Part shown: one piece after another, positions 40,166 to 49,771 of the stretch
Numbering within the stretch: the first letter of the stretch is position 1
Layout of the letters: each line of letters begins with the position of its first letter
IMG/VR virus record: IMGVR_UViG_3300021963_000148
Coordinates: 1-58,422 of that record
Source: a virus
Lineage: Duplodnaviria; Caudoviricetes
Length of the DNA stretch: 58,422 bases
Strand: one strand, 5' to 3'
Position numbers and translations under genes: made by a program
Notes under the pieces: generated by a model
Told to the model about the DNA's origin: nothing
The model's database searches: none
The model's input: the letters and a program-made list of their open reading frames with translations, nothing else

Positions 40166-40930
40166 ATGAGCCAACTAGATCAAGAAAAACAAAAAGTCTA
40201 CGATTACTGTAAAACTATGCTGGGCGACGGTATGGTTGACGTTGAACTAGACCCAAAACACTACGAAACAGCACTAGATCGTGCCCTTGCTATTTTTAGA
40301 CAGCGCAGCGATAATTCTGTAGAAGAGAGCTTTGCTTTTTTAACACTTCAACTTGACCAGAACGAATACATACTGCCCAAAGAAATACAAGTAGTACGTG
40401 AAATATATCGAAGAAGCATAGGGTCAAAATCGGGTGGCGGCAACGGCGGTACTGTTTTTGAACCATTTAACTTAGCCTACACAAACACTTATTTGTTATC
40501 ATCAACAAACATGGGTGGGCTTTTAACCTACGAATTATTTGCCCAATATCAAGAACGTGTAGGTAAAATGTTTGGTAGCTTTATTCAATTTACTTGGCAT
40601 GCGCAAAGTCGTAAATTAACAATACATCAAAGACCAAGATCCGACGAGGAACTAATGCTTTGGGTATACAACACACGCCCAGACCACGCTATACTTACAG
40701 ACACTTACGCTAATATCTGGATCAAAGATTATACTTTGGCTAATTGTAAGATGATGTTAGGTCAAGCTCGTGAAAAATTTGCTGGCATAGCTGGTCCACA
40801 GGGAGGCACACAGCTAAACGGAGCGGCCCTCAAACAAGAAGCTGCTGCTGATATCGAAAGACTAACCGCAGAATTAGTTAACTATGTTCCAGGACACGCC
40901 AACGCAGGATATACATTTGTGATTGGCTAA
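40166..40930 (+). CDS. Neck protein, T4 gp13-like
   Basis: YCKTMLG...VDVELD...ALD.AL; WIKDYTLA.CK.MLG.AR.KF..I.GPQGG.QLNG..LK.EA; ends FVIG. Confidence 0.8.
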   Translation: MSQLDQEKQKVYDYCKTMLGDGMVDVELDPKHYETALDRALAIFRQRSDNSVEESFAFLTLQLDQNEYILPKEIQVVREIYRRSIGSKSGGGNGGTVFEPFNLAYTNTYLLSSTNMGGLLTYELFAQYQERVGKMFGSFIQFTWHAQSRKLTIHQRPRSDEELMLWVYNTRPDHAILTDTYANIWIKDYTLANCKMMLGQAREKFAGIAGPQGGTQLNGAALKQEAAADIERLTAELVNYVPGHANAGYTFVIG

Positions 40931-40937
40931 GCCACAC

Positions 40938-40987
40938 TTGACACAGAACAAAAAGCCCTTTATTATATAACAAATAGAGGGCTTTTT
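40938..40987 (+). promoter_or_regulatory. Sigma70-like promoter overlapping a hairpin/terminator
   Basis: TTGACA (40938)-N17-TATTAT (40961); inverted repeat AAAAAGCCCTTTATT / AATAGAGGGCTTTTT. Confidence 0.6.
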
Positions 40988-40988
40988 T

Positions 40989-41636
40989 ATGATCATAGGA
41001 ATCTGCGGTTTTATTGGTACTGGCAAAGACACCATTGCTGACTATCTGGTAAACTTTCATGAGTTTCGTAGGGACAGTTTTGCTAACACGCTTAAAGATG
41101 CTGTAAGTGCTGTATTTGGTTGGGACCGAGTTATGTTAGAAGGTCGTACCAAAGAAGCTCGTGAGTGGCGTGAGCAAGTAGATCCGTGGTGGGCAGAACG
41201 TCTAAACATGCCACATCTAACTCCTAGATGGGTACTACAATATTGGGGCACAGAAGTTTGCCGCAAAGGTTTTAATGACGATATTTGGATTGCTAGCTTA
41301 GAAAATAAGCTCAGTAAAAGTCAAGATAACATTGTAATCAGCGATGTGCGTTTCCCTAACGAAGTAGCAGCTATAAAACGTGCCGGTGGTATGGTCATAC
41401 GAGTAGTTCGTGGCGATGAACCTGTTTGGTTTGACACTGCTAGACTTGCTTGCCAAGGCGATAAAACAGCGTTAGAAACAATGGCAACTGAGCATCGCAT
41501 TCACGCATCTGAATGGGCTTGGGCAAACACTGATTTTGACGTAGTTGTTGATAACAATGGAACTATTGATGACCTGTTTAAACAAAGCGAACTACTGGTT
41601 AAAAATCAGCAGTTAGATCTCCTTGTTTCCATTTAA
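40989..41636 (+). CDS. Deoxynucleoside monophosphate kinase, T4 gp1-like
   Basis: IIGICGFIGTGKDT P-loop, FA..LKD, TPR..LQ.WGTE..R, VISDVRFPNE, HASE, NNGTIDDL. Confidence 0.9.
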   Translation: MIIGICGFIGTGKDTIADYLVNFHEFRRDSFANTLKDAVSAVFGWDRVMLEGRTKEAREWREQVDPWWAERLNMPHLTPRWVLQYWGTEVCRKGFNDDIWIASLENKLSKSQDNIVISDVRFPNEVAAIKRAGGMVIRVVRGDEPVWFDTARLACQGDKTALETMATEHRIHASEWAWANTDFDVVVDNNGTIDDLFKQSELLVKNQQLDLLVSI

Positions 41637-41934
41637 TACCTTCTTTGGCTAATATTCGCTGACAGTTAGCACAGACTGTTTTAAGATTGCTAGGACGACA
41701 ATTATTAAGATTTTCGTCAACATGATATACCGCAAAAACTTCTTTATGTTGAGATTTAAATCCGCACTTGTCGCATTGTGATTTTTTTCGATATCCAGCT
41801 CTGTGCCATTTAGGTATTCCAAAGAACTTGCCTTTTTTTAAACAAGTTTCACACATGGACCTGTAGAAAGTTTTACCATTTTTATGGTAGTTAACCGCAG
41901 AGGGTCTTAAACCGCATTCGCATAAAGGTCTCAT
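41599..41934 (-). CDS. Zinc-binding HNH-like endonuclease
   Basis: CECG, CETC, CDKCG, VYHVDENLNN...NLKTVCANC. Confidence 0.7.
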   Translation of the reverse strand: MRPLCECGLRPSAVNYHKNGKTFYRSMCETCLKKGKFFGIPKWHRAGYRKKSQCDKCGFKSQHKEVFAVYHVDENLNNCRPSNLKTVCANCQRILAKEGIKWKQGDLTADF

Positions 41935-41998
41935 ACAAATACTTACCCTTTTCTTTCCCTTTCCTGAGGGTTATAACAGTGTATTTTTGGCAAACGGC

Positions 41999-42006
41999 GC
42001 TAAATA
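41999..42006 (+). promoter_or_regulatory. Late promoter-like GCTAAATA
   Basis: TAAATA core upstream of the AGGAG RBS of the sheath gene. Confidence 0.55.
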
Positions 42007-42041
42007 TCTATACAAAGTTTTAACCATCAGGAGAGAACGGC

Positions 42042-45000
42042 ATGGCCCTAACATCACCAGGCGTACAGGTTACAGTAAATGACGAGAGTTTTTATACCCC
42101 AGCAGAAGCAGGGACAACACCTCTTATTATCGTAGCCACAGCCCAGAATAAATCAAACGCTAGCGGAACTGGCATTGCCAGAGGCACACTCGCAGCAAAC
42201 ATTGGAACAGTATATAGAGTTTCAAGTCAGAGAGAACTTGTAGACTTTTATGGTACTCCAACTTTTAAAAGAACAATTTCAGGAAGTTCTAGAAACGGAG
42301 ACGAGCAAAATGAATACGGTCTCCAAGCAGCTTATAGTTTCTTAGGAATTTCAAATACAGCATATATCGCAAGAGCAGATATCAATTTAAATGACCTGTC
42401 TGGAACTTCGACAGTTCCGGGATCAGAAGCATCAGAAGGCCAATGGTGGTTAGACACCCAAAGCACTAAATGGGGTATTTTTGAATGGGATGCTTCTCCA
42501 GCTTCTCTTGGTGGCCAAAAGTTTGTTGCTAAAACTCCTATTGTGTTATCAGAATCAGATGCTGACAAAATTGACGGCAACGAACCAGCAAGCGGTGTTG
42601 GTAAAGTAGGCGATTACGCTGTAGTTGCTAAGTCAGATGTTATTAGATATTTTTACAAAGGTAAAGACTACACAGGCCTAGCTACTTCAGCAGCTTGGAC
42701 ACTAGTTGGTTCAAAAGATTGGAGAGGTACATCTCCTACAATAGTTACTACAACAGCAGGATATGCTTCTTCAGGCCTATCAAGCAGTGGCTATAAATTT
42801 ATAATCAACGGTGTTTCAATCACTGTTGGTTCGGGCAATGATCTTGCTACTGAAATGGTTAGCTTGATCAACGGTTATGCTATACAAGGCGTTAGAGCAG
42901 GAGTAGTAAACGGCAAAGTTGGTTTCTTTGTAACCAGCAACACTGACGAAGCAGGCGATTCTACAGATACAGAAGGTGCTTCTATTACATTCCAAACAAG
43001 TCCAGAAAATCCATCAATTACTATTGCTAGTATTTTTGGATTCGCAGAAGGACAGTATTTTGCTCCTGACTTAGCTATTGCTCCACACACCACAGTTCCA
43101 CAGTGGAAAGCTGGCACACAAGAGCCTCGTCCAAGTGGATCAGTTTGGGTTAAATCAACAGAACCAAACAGTGGCGCTCGTTGGAGAATTAAGAAATGGA
43201 ACAGTTCATCTAAAGCATGGATTGAAACTGTAGCTCCTTTATACAGCGCAGGCCACACAGCTATCTATGGTCTAGATAAAGCCAGCGGTGGAGAGAAAAT
43301 TTCCAAAGATGCTGTCTATGTTCAGTATAACTATTCAGAAGATACTGGCTATGATGACACTCCACAAACAGCTAGTTTTAAAATTTTTGTAAGACGAGCA
43401 ACTGGCGCAACAGCCATTGTTTCAGATCAAATTGGTACAGGTACATTATCTGCTGGTTCTAAATCGTTTACAATTAGAGAAAGCGTACTAGGCAGCAGAC
43501 TGTTAGGAACTCCAGATCCGTTAGGAATCAGTGCTCCAGCTCCAGTTACTATCACATTTACCGCGGCCAGCAATGCCACAGACGCAAACGCTATTGCCGA
43601 AGCAATTAATGCTTCAACTTTGGTTAACGTAGAAGCATCTGTTTCTAACGGTAAACTAGTAATCAGTCACAAACTAGGTGGCGAATTTAGACTGTTAGAC
43701 ACTAACGATGCTCTAGCAGACATTGGCTATACAGGTTTTAATATCTCAAACGGCGACGGCACAGTTGACTTATATGATGCGCCAGCTGGTGAAACATACG
43801 ACTTTATTGCCAGCAATTGGTTGCCAATGGCAGGTTCTGCTACAGGTTATGTAGCTGACATGGATCCTCCATTAAACGATCCAACAGATGGACAGCTATG
43901 GTATTCAAGTTCTCTAAACCAAATTGATATTATGGTCCACGACGGTAACACTTGGGTAGGATACCTAAACGAGTTTCCGTCAGCTGATCCAGCAGGCCCA
44001 ATAATTTCTGCTACAAAACCAGTAAAACAAAGCGACGGCGCATCAAATCTTGCTGCTGGCGATTTATGGATTGACAGCAGTGATACTGAAAACTATCCAA
44101 CAGTATATCGTTGGAACACAGATACTTTAAAATGGGTTCAAATTGACACTGGTGATAACACTTCTGAAGAAGGAATATTATTTGCCGATGCTCGTTGGAC
44201 TACAGGTCCAGGTGCCGGAACAGAAAGCACTGAGCCAGCAGATATTGCTGACTTGTTAGTGTCAGATTTCTTAGACTTTGACGCACCTGATCCAGAATTG
44301 TATCCACAAGGTATGCTGTTATGGAACACACGTAGAAGTGGGTTCAATGTTAAAGCATATCGCGCAGACTATGTTAGCACAGAAGATGATAATCCAAGAC
44401 AAGGCGATGAATCAATGGCTGACTATCAGCCAGCACGTTGGGTCACAGTGTCAGGGTCAACATTTGGCCGTAAAGCACAGCGTCAAGTTATTGTAGCTGC
44501 TTTAAAAGCAACTATTACAACTAACCAACAAATTAGAGAAGACGAAGTTCGTAGTTTTAATCTAATTGCTTGCCCAGGATATCCAGAAGTTCTACAAAAT
44601 CTAGTTGATTTAAACAATGATCGTGGAGGTACTGCGTTTGTTGTTGGTGACAGTCCAATGCGTCTAGCCGCAGACACTACTTCGATCACTAACTGGGGAA
44701 GTAACGCTAACGGTGCTACTGACAACGGTGACTCAGGTTTAGTAACGTATGATCCATACGCAGCGGTATTTTACCCAAGCGGATTGACCAACGATAACAC
44801 TGGTAACAGCATTGTAGTTCCAGCAAGTCACATGATGCTAAAAACTATTGCTCTAAGCGACCAAGTTGCTTATCCATGGTTTGCTCCAGCAGGTATTCGT
44901 AGAGGTGCTATTACTAACGCAACCGCAGTTGGTTACATTGACACAACATCAGGTGAGTTCAAATCAGTGAGCTTAACTGAAGGTCAGCGTGATGCGCTGT

Positions 45001-45419
45001 ACAATGTCAAAGTTAACCCACTAACATTCTTTAACGGTGTTGGCCTAGTTAACTATGGTCAAAGAACACGATCAGCTGGAAGTTCAGCACTTGATCGTAT
45101 TAACGTAGCACGTCTAGTAGTTTATCTAAGAACACAGCTGAATAAACTAGCTAAACCGTTTGTTTTTGAACCTAACGATAAGATCACTAGAGACGAAATC
45201 AAACAGGCAATTGAAAGTCTATTGTTAGAGTTAACTGGTTTACGAGCAATCTATGACTATGCTGTTGTATGTGATGAAACAAACAATACACCAGCAAGAA
45301 TAGACAGAAACGAGTTGTATGTTGATATCGCAATAGAACCTGTAAAAGCTATTGAATTTATCTACATACCATTAAGACTTAAGAACACAGGAGAGATTCA
45401 GGGCGCAAGAGCATCGTAA
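42042..45419 (+). CDS. Contractile tail sheath protein, T4 gp18-like, with large insertion
   Basis: MALTSPGVQV...; PWFAPAGIRRG; LY..KVNP; GQRT...SALDRINVARL; FEPND..TR; VVCDETNNTP.RIDRNEL.VDI.I.P.KA.EFI. Confidence 0.93.
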   Translation: MALTSPGVQVTVNDESFYTPAEAGTTPLIIVATAQNKSNASGTGIARGTLAANIGTVYRVSSQRELVDFYGTPTFKRTISGSSRNGDEQNEYGLQAAYSFLGISNTAYIARADINLNDLSGTSTVPGSEASEGQWWLDTQSTKWGIFEWDASPASLGGQKFVAKTPIVLSESDADKIDGNEPASGVGKVGDYAVVAKSDVIRYFYKGKDYTGLATSAAWTLVGSKDWRGTSPTIVTTTAGYASSGLSSSGYKFIINGVSITVGSGNDLATEMVSLINGYAIQGVRAGVVNGKVGFFVTSNTDEAGDSTDTEGASITFQTSPENPSITIASIFGFAEGQYFAPDLAIAPHTTVPQWKAGTQEPRPSGSVWVKSTEPNSGARWRIKKWNSSSKAWIETVAPLYSAGHTAIYGLDKASGGEKISKDAVYVQYNYSEDTGYDDTPQTASFKIFVRRATGATAIVSDQIGTGTLSAGSKSFTIRESVLGSRLLGTPDPLGISAPAPVTITFTAASNATDANAIAEAINASTLVNVEASVSNGKLVISHKLGGEFRLLDTNDALADIGYTGFNISNGDGTVDLYDAPAGETYDFIASNWLPMAGSATGYVADMDPPLNDPTDGQLWYSSSLNQIDIMVHDGNTWVGYLNEFPSADPAGPIISATKPVKQSDGASNLAAGDLWIDSSDTENYPTVYRWNTDTLKWVQIDTGDNTSEEGILFADARWTTGPGAGTESTEPADIADLLVSDFLDFDAPDPELYPQGMLLWNTRRSGFNVKAYRADYVSTEDDNPRQGDESMADYQPARWVTVSGSTFGRKAQRQVIVAALKATITTNQQIREDEVRSFNLIACPGYPEVLQNLVDLNNDRGGTAFVVGDSPMRLAADTTSITNWGSNANGATDNGDSGLVTYDPYAAVFYPSGLTNDNTGNSIVVPASHMMLKTIALSDQVAYPWFAPAGIRRGAITNATAVGYIDTTSGEFKSVSLTEGQRDALYNVKVNPLTFFNGVGLVNYGQRTRSAGSSALDRINVARLVVYLRTQLNKLAKPFVFEPNDKITRDEIKQAIESLLLELTGLRAIYDYAVVCDETNNTPARIDRNELYVDIAIEPVKAIEFIYIPLRLKNTGEIQGARAS

Positions 45420-45423
45420 TTAG

Positions 45424-45443
45424 AAGGGGTTTATACCCCTTTT
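45424..45443 (+). terminator. Rho-independent terminator
   Basis: AAGGGGT-TTAT-ACCCCTT followed by TT. Confidence 0.7.
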
Positions 45444-45450
45444 GATTCGT

Positions 45451-45458
45451 GATAAATA
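45451..45458 (+). promoter_or_regulatory. Late promoter-like GATAAATA
   Basis: TAAATA core between the terminator and the GGAG RBS of the tube gene. Confidence 0.55.
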
Positions 45459-45480
45459 ACATTACCCGGAGCAAACAGAT

Positions 45481-46122
45481 ATGGCAATTTCAACACTATC
45501 AAAATTATCAGTACCCTTAGCAACTGATGCTTCATCATCAAGTCAAGGCTTGTTGATGCCTAAGCTAAAGTATAGATTTAGGGTCACACTACAGGGCTTC
45601 GGTGCTAACGGTACGGTGCCCACAGAGCTAACAAAACAAGTAATGGACATTACTCGTCCTAAGATTAACTTTGAAGAAATCGAACTTCCAGTTTACAATT
45701 CTAGAGTATATCTAGCTGGTAGACACAATTGGGAGCCGTTAACACTCAACGTTAGAGATGACGCTACTGGAGCAATCCAAAGATTGTGCGGAGAACAAAT
45801 TCAGAAACAATTTGACTTCTTTGAACAGTCTGGCGCAGCATCTGGACAAGACTACAAGTTTACCACAGTTATTGAAGTACTAGACGGCGGTAATGGTACA
45901 CAAACACCAAACACATTAGAAACATTTGAATGCTATGGTTGTTTTGTACAAAATATTGACTACGGCGATCTAAACTACACAACCAACGAAGCAGCCAGCA
46001 TATCATTAGCTATTAGATATGACAACGCTATTCAGTACAAAGGCGGCGGCGTTGACGGCATTGGCCGTAATATTGGTGCTAGAACAATTGGCGCACTATC
46101 AACTGGTGGTGGCGGTTTGTAA
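45481..46122 (+). CDS. Tail tube protein, T4 gp19-like
   Basis: KLKYRFRV, RP...FEEI....YNSRVYLAG...W..L.L..RDD, E.F...GCF...IDYGDLNY, I.L.IRYDNA; follows the sheath gene. Confidence 0.85.
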   Translation: MAISTLSKLSVPLATDASSSSQGLLMPKLKYRFRVTLQGFGANGTVPTELTKQVMDITRPKINFEEIELPVYNSRVYLAGRHNWEPLTLNVRDDATGAIQRLCGEQIQKQFDFFEQSGAASGQDYKFTTVIEVLDGGNGTQTPNTLETFECYGCFVQNIDYGDLNYTTNEAASISLAIRYDNAIQYKGGGVDGIGRNIGARTIGALSTGGGGL

Positions 46123-46138
46123 CAGTTACACAGTAATT

Positions 46139-46169
46139 AAAAAGCCCAATTTAAAGTTGGGCTTTTTTT
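46139..46169 (+). terminator. Rho-independent terminator (possibly bidirectional)
   Basis: AAAAAGCCCAA-TTTAAAG-TTGGGCTTTTTTT. Confidence 0.8.
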
Positions 46170-46185
46170 ACGACTAAATAATTAT

Positions 46186-47307
46186 ATGGCAGATAAAACT
46201 ACTAGATTTTTACAAGGCTTTGGTGCCGGAATAACTAATCCCAAAGGAAACCTTGGTGATGCTCGTCACGCGGCACGTCTTTATACTGATCACACCTTTG
46301 CTCGAGCACCTCGAACAAAGTTCATGTACTATGTGTATCTTGAACTAAACCCAAAGGCTATTCGATCAGCATCATGGAAACTTAGACATCAATTAGAAGC
46401 TGGGCTGTTAGTTAAATCAGCAGATTTACCTAAAATTACCATGGAACACGAAGTTAAAAATATGTACAACAAAAAGAAAGTTGTATATAAAGATATAAAA
46501 TTTGAGCCGTTAAATCTTCAATTCCATGATGATAATCTAGGTATTACCAATTCGTTATATGCGTTATATTACGGATACCATTCACCAGAACGATTTTTAA
46601 CTACAGAAGTAGCACATGCCGACCCTGGAAGTAGCACAGGAAGTCCATATTGGAAGGAACGTGGTGGTGCTAGATATGGCCTAGATCAAAACGGTAGCGA
46701 TGAAAGTTTTTTTAAATCTATACAAATTTACACACTAGCTAGAAAATCATGGAACGGATATAAATTAATTAACCCTAGAGTAGTTAATTGGAGCCATGGC
46801 TCAGTTGATCAAACAGCCAGTAACGGAACTATTGAAAGCGGCATGACAGTGGTCTATGAAAGTGTAATGTATGGTCAAGGAGTGGTTACAAAAAATGGAA
46901 AATTACCTCCACAGTTTGGTACCGTACACTACGACAAAGTTCCAAGTCCATTAAGTCTAGGTGGCGGAGTGAATCCAAGCATATTTGGACTTACTGGAGT
47001 ATTTGGCCAACCAACAGAAATTCTTCAAGATGCTGCGGATATTTTTAAAGACTATTACGAAGCTGGCGACGAAATGGGCGGCGGCCTATTACAAACTGCT
47101 ATTAAAGCTGTTAATTTTTATAAGAGTGTGGCCAGCATCAGTAAAGAAAGTTTAATAGCGGATGCTACAAATATTTTAGCTTCGCCAAACGCACTCACTA
47201 ATGTCACTAGCGGTCTTCCTGGAATTAGTTTTGGAACACCACCGGGTTTTGCCTCAGGCAATGCTCCTGAGGTAACACCTGGGCGGCCAGTAGTAAATTT
47301 GGATTAA
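46186..47307 (+). CDS. Tail-tube-fold baseplate protein (gp54/gp48-like)
   Basis: LLVKSADLPK.......KN.YN.K..V...I.FEP..L.FHDD; Y.L.NP....W; M.V.YE, a tube-like pattern. Confidence 0.55.
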   Translation: MADKTTRFLQGFGAGITNPKGNLGDARHAARLYTDHTFARAPRTKFMYYVYLELNPKAIRSASWKLRHQLEAGLLVKSADLPKITMEHEVKNMYNKKKVVYKDIKFEPLNLQFHDDNLGITNSLYALYYGYHSPERFLTTEVAHADPGSSTGSPYWKERGGARYGLDQNGSDESFFKSIQIYTLARKSWNGYKLINPRVVNWSHGSVDQTASNGTIESGMTVVYESVMYGQGVVTKNGKLPPQFGTVHYDKVPSPLSLGGGVNPSIFGLTGVFGQPTEILQDAADIFKDYYEAGDEMGGGLLQTAIKAVNFYKSVASISKESLIADATNILASPNALTNVTSGLPGISFGTPPGFASGNAPEVTPGRPVVNLD

Positions 47308-47313
47308 ATTTAA

Positions 47314-47706
47314 ATGAATAATTTCCCATCACAAATTAAATCAAATCTACCAGCGCAAACTGACAGCGTTGACAGCGCAGATTTTGCTAAAGTATATTTT
47401 AACAATTATGCCGACCCTGGAGAAGAATATAAATCCGGTGATGTTGATGCGGCTGTTGCGTTCTTAGAACAAAAAGGTTTTGGACAACAAGCATCAATTG
47501 TCACCGCTATTATTTTGTTAAAACAAGCAAAGATTGAAAACATCTCAGTTAATGCTTTATTAGATACGCTCAAAGGTTTAGAAAGTTTAGAGTTATCTTC
47601 TATTGTTAGTACTATTTTAAATCAAAATAGATCAGCAACATCAAAATTAGGTTACAGAGTAACTCAGTCTGTAAATCAATTTCAAGTTAGAAATGTAGTG
47701 GCCTAA
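47314..47706 (+). CDS. Hypothetical protein
   Basis: 130 aa ORF tightly packed in the late operon. Confidence 0.6.
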   Translation: MNNFPSQIKSNLPAQTDSVDSADFAKVYFNNYADPGEEYKSGDVDAAVAFLEQKGFGQQASIVTAIILLKQAKIENISVNALLDTLKGLESLELSSIVSTILNQNRSATSKLGYRVTQSVNQFQVRNVVA

Positions 47707-48146
47707 TGGGTAAATTTGCTCAAGGAAGATTTGAAATGAAAAATCCTGACAAATATATCGGGAAAAGAACTCCTTTGGCTCGCAGTAGTTGGGAATTTGT
47801 TTTTATGCGAATGCTTGACGAACATCCAGGTGTACAAAATTGGGCCAGCGAAAGCATACAGATTCCCTACAAAGATCCGCTAACAGGAAAAAGCACAATT
47901 TACGTACCAGATTTTTTTGTTGTGTATGTAGACAAAGACAAAAACAAACACGCAGAAGTCGTTGAAGTAAAACCCAGTAACCACATGTTAAAAGAACGTG
48001 TGGGCAAGAGTTTATATAATCAAGAACAATATGTAAAAAACATAGCCAAATGGGAAGCTGCCAATGCTTGGTGTAAACAACAAGGCATTCGTTTTCGAGT
48101 AGTCAACGAAGACGATATTTTTCATAAAGGCACAAAGCGCAGATAA
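47706..48146 (+). CDS. Head completion nuclease, T4 gp4-like (TnsA-like PD-(D/E)xK)
   Basis: G.F...NP.KY.G, RSSWE..FM, W.SE...IPY, Y.PDF, EVKP, N.AKW.AA..WC...G..F....E. Confidence 0.88.
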   Translation: MGKFAQGRFEMKNPDKYIGKRTPLARSSWEFVFMRMLDEHPGVQNWASESIQIPYKDPLTGKSTIYVPDFFVVYVDKDKNKHAEVVEVKPSNHMLKERVGKSLYNQEQYVKNIAKWEAANAWCKQQGIRFRVVNEDDIFHKGTKRR

Positions 48147-48153
48147 GTAAAGT

Positions 48154-48633
48154 ATGACTAAAAAATTAGAAGAACTTTTTAATCTTGACACGCCAACTCC
48201 AGAAGTTGTGCCCGAAATAGAAGCTGAGCAATCAAAGGACCAAGTACGCAGCCTTGAACGCAGCTATAAAGAAATTGAACACATAGCTGGGACTTTGCCA
48301 GCAATTGACGACCTCGAAAATTTAGACGAAAAGGATCTAGACGACCTAGCTAAAAAAGCAGAATTAGCCTACGACGATCTAATGGATTTGGGCATGAACG
48401 TAGAAGTTCGCTACAGCGGCCGTATTTTTGAAGTGGCAGGTACTATGATGAAAAACGCCATAGATGCTAAATCAGCAAAGATTGATAAAAAATTAAAGTC
48501 AGTAGAATTAAAACTTAGAAAGCTCAAAATAGACAAAGATGCGGGAGAAGATGACGGAAATATGCTTAACGGGCAAGGATACGTTATTACTGATCGCAAC
48601 GAGCTTCTTAAAAAACTTTCAGGAAAAGCATAA
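48154..48633 (+). CDS. Terminase small subunit, gp16-like
   Basis: Helical ORF with RIFEVAGTMMKNAIDAK and terminal DRNELLK.L; upstream of the large terminase. Confidence 0.6.
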   Translation: MTKKLEELFNLDTPTPEVVPEIEAEQSKDQVRSLERSYKEIEHIAGTLPAIDDLENLDEKDLDDLAKKAELAYDDLMDLGMNVEVRYSGRIFEVAGTMMKNAIDAKSAKIDKKLKSVELKLRKLKIDKDAGEDDGNMLNGQGYVITDRNELLKKLSGKA

Positions 48634-48641
48634 ATATGAGT

Positions 48642-49208
48642 ATGAAAACATTTAATGAATATCTTACCGAAAGCAAGAAAACATATGGTTTCCGTATTAA
48701 GGTAGCCGGTAATCTAGCGGAAGGATTTGCCGATAAAGTTAAGTCAGGTTTGGCAAAATACGGTTGTATGAAAGTTGAAAAATCAACTACAACACCTATT
48801 CGCCCTACAGCATTAGATTTTCCAGAATTAAAAAACATCGAAGTAACAATGTTTGAAGCTGATTGCGAATATCCTGTAACACCGCAACAAGTATCTATCC
48901 TTATTCGTGAATTCACTGGGATGCCGGAAAGTCATTTCCGTGTAAGAAATATCAACGACACTTCAGAAGAAGGATATTTTGATCCAGCAGAGCCCAACGG
49001 CAAATCATTGTTAAACACAGATTTAACAGATCCAGAAAAAATCCGTCATAGAGATTATTTTGGTGACGACCACGTAACAAACTTTTTAAAAGACATTGCC
49101 AAAGAAGCAAAAGCTCGTAAAAAAGACGAAGGGCAAAATGTCGAATATAAATTACCTAAACATAAAGAAGACAAGGCAGGCACTAAAAGTGCTGTTGGGA
49201 GCAAATAA
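48642..49208 (+). CDS. Hypothetical protein with a capsid-targeting-like N-terminus
   Basis: MKTFNEYLTE when started at ATG 48642, which follows TAAATA-N5. Confidence 0.6.
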   Translation: MKTFNEYLTESKKTYGFRIKVAGNLAEGFADKVKSGLAKYGCMKVEKSTTTPIRPTALDFPELKNIEVTMFEADCEYPVTPQQVSILIREFTGMPESHFRVRNINDTSEEGYFDPAEPNGKSLLNTDLTDPEKIRHRDYFGDDHVTNFLKDIAKEAKARKKDEGQNVEYKLPKHKEDKAGTKSAVGSK

Positions 49209-49714
49209 TGAATTTTCAAGATATCTACAAAAAAGTAGTTGAACTAGACCAGCCCAAAGCACAGGTTAACGAAGAATGCGGCATGCCTCCAAGTATGGGA
49301 TCAACACCGTCAACACCTCCACCAAGTGTAAGCATCAATCTTAATGCTCAGGGCATGGATAACATAGAAAGTCTATTTAAATTAATGACTAAAGTTAATC
49401 CTGACATGATGCCTAAGACTGCTGAGCCGATGCCTAGTATGACTAACCCAGTAATGAAATTAGCTATGGCTAAAAAGCCAGGAGACGACGTCGAATTAGA
49501 AGATGGATTTGACACAGCCACTACTGCGCCTAATCCAGAATACAAAGATATTTCTGCTTCTATTCCTAACGGCAATGATATTCACAAACCTAAAAGAGCA
49601 TTTCCAGCAACTGCCGGTGGCGATAACCCAATGAATGTTGGCGAACACAGCGATCTAGTTAACAGTATTAAAACACAACTACTAGCACAGTTAGCTGAAC
49701 ATAAAAAACAATAA
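49208..49714 (+). CDS. Hypothetical low-complexity protein
   Basis: 168 aa, Pro/Met-rich, GGAG RBS, TAATG overlap with the previous gene. Confidence 0.6.
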   Translation: MNFQDIYKKVVELDQPKAQVNEECGMPPSMGSTPSTPPPSVSINLNAQGMDNIESLFKLMTKVNPDMMPKTAEPMPSMTNPVMKLAMAKKPGDDVELEDGFDTATTAPNPEYKDISASIPNGNDIHKPKRAFPATAGGDNPMNVGEHSDLVNSIKTQLLAQLAEHKKQ

Positions 49715-49729
49715 TAGATCATAAGATCC

Positions 49730-49757
49730 AAATAGGCTCTACGGAGCCTATTTTTTT
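49730..49757 (+). terminator. Rho-independent terminator
   Basis: AAATAGGCTC-TACG-GAGCCTATTT followed by TTTT. Confidence 0.85.
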
Positions 49758-49771
49758 CAGTAAATATTAGT

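Noticed and set aside
47706-48146. TnsA transposase of a Tn7-like element
   Set aside because: Motifs and context fit T4 gp4 head completion protein; no tnsB/tnsC or terminal repeats.
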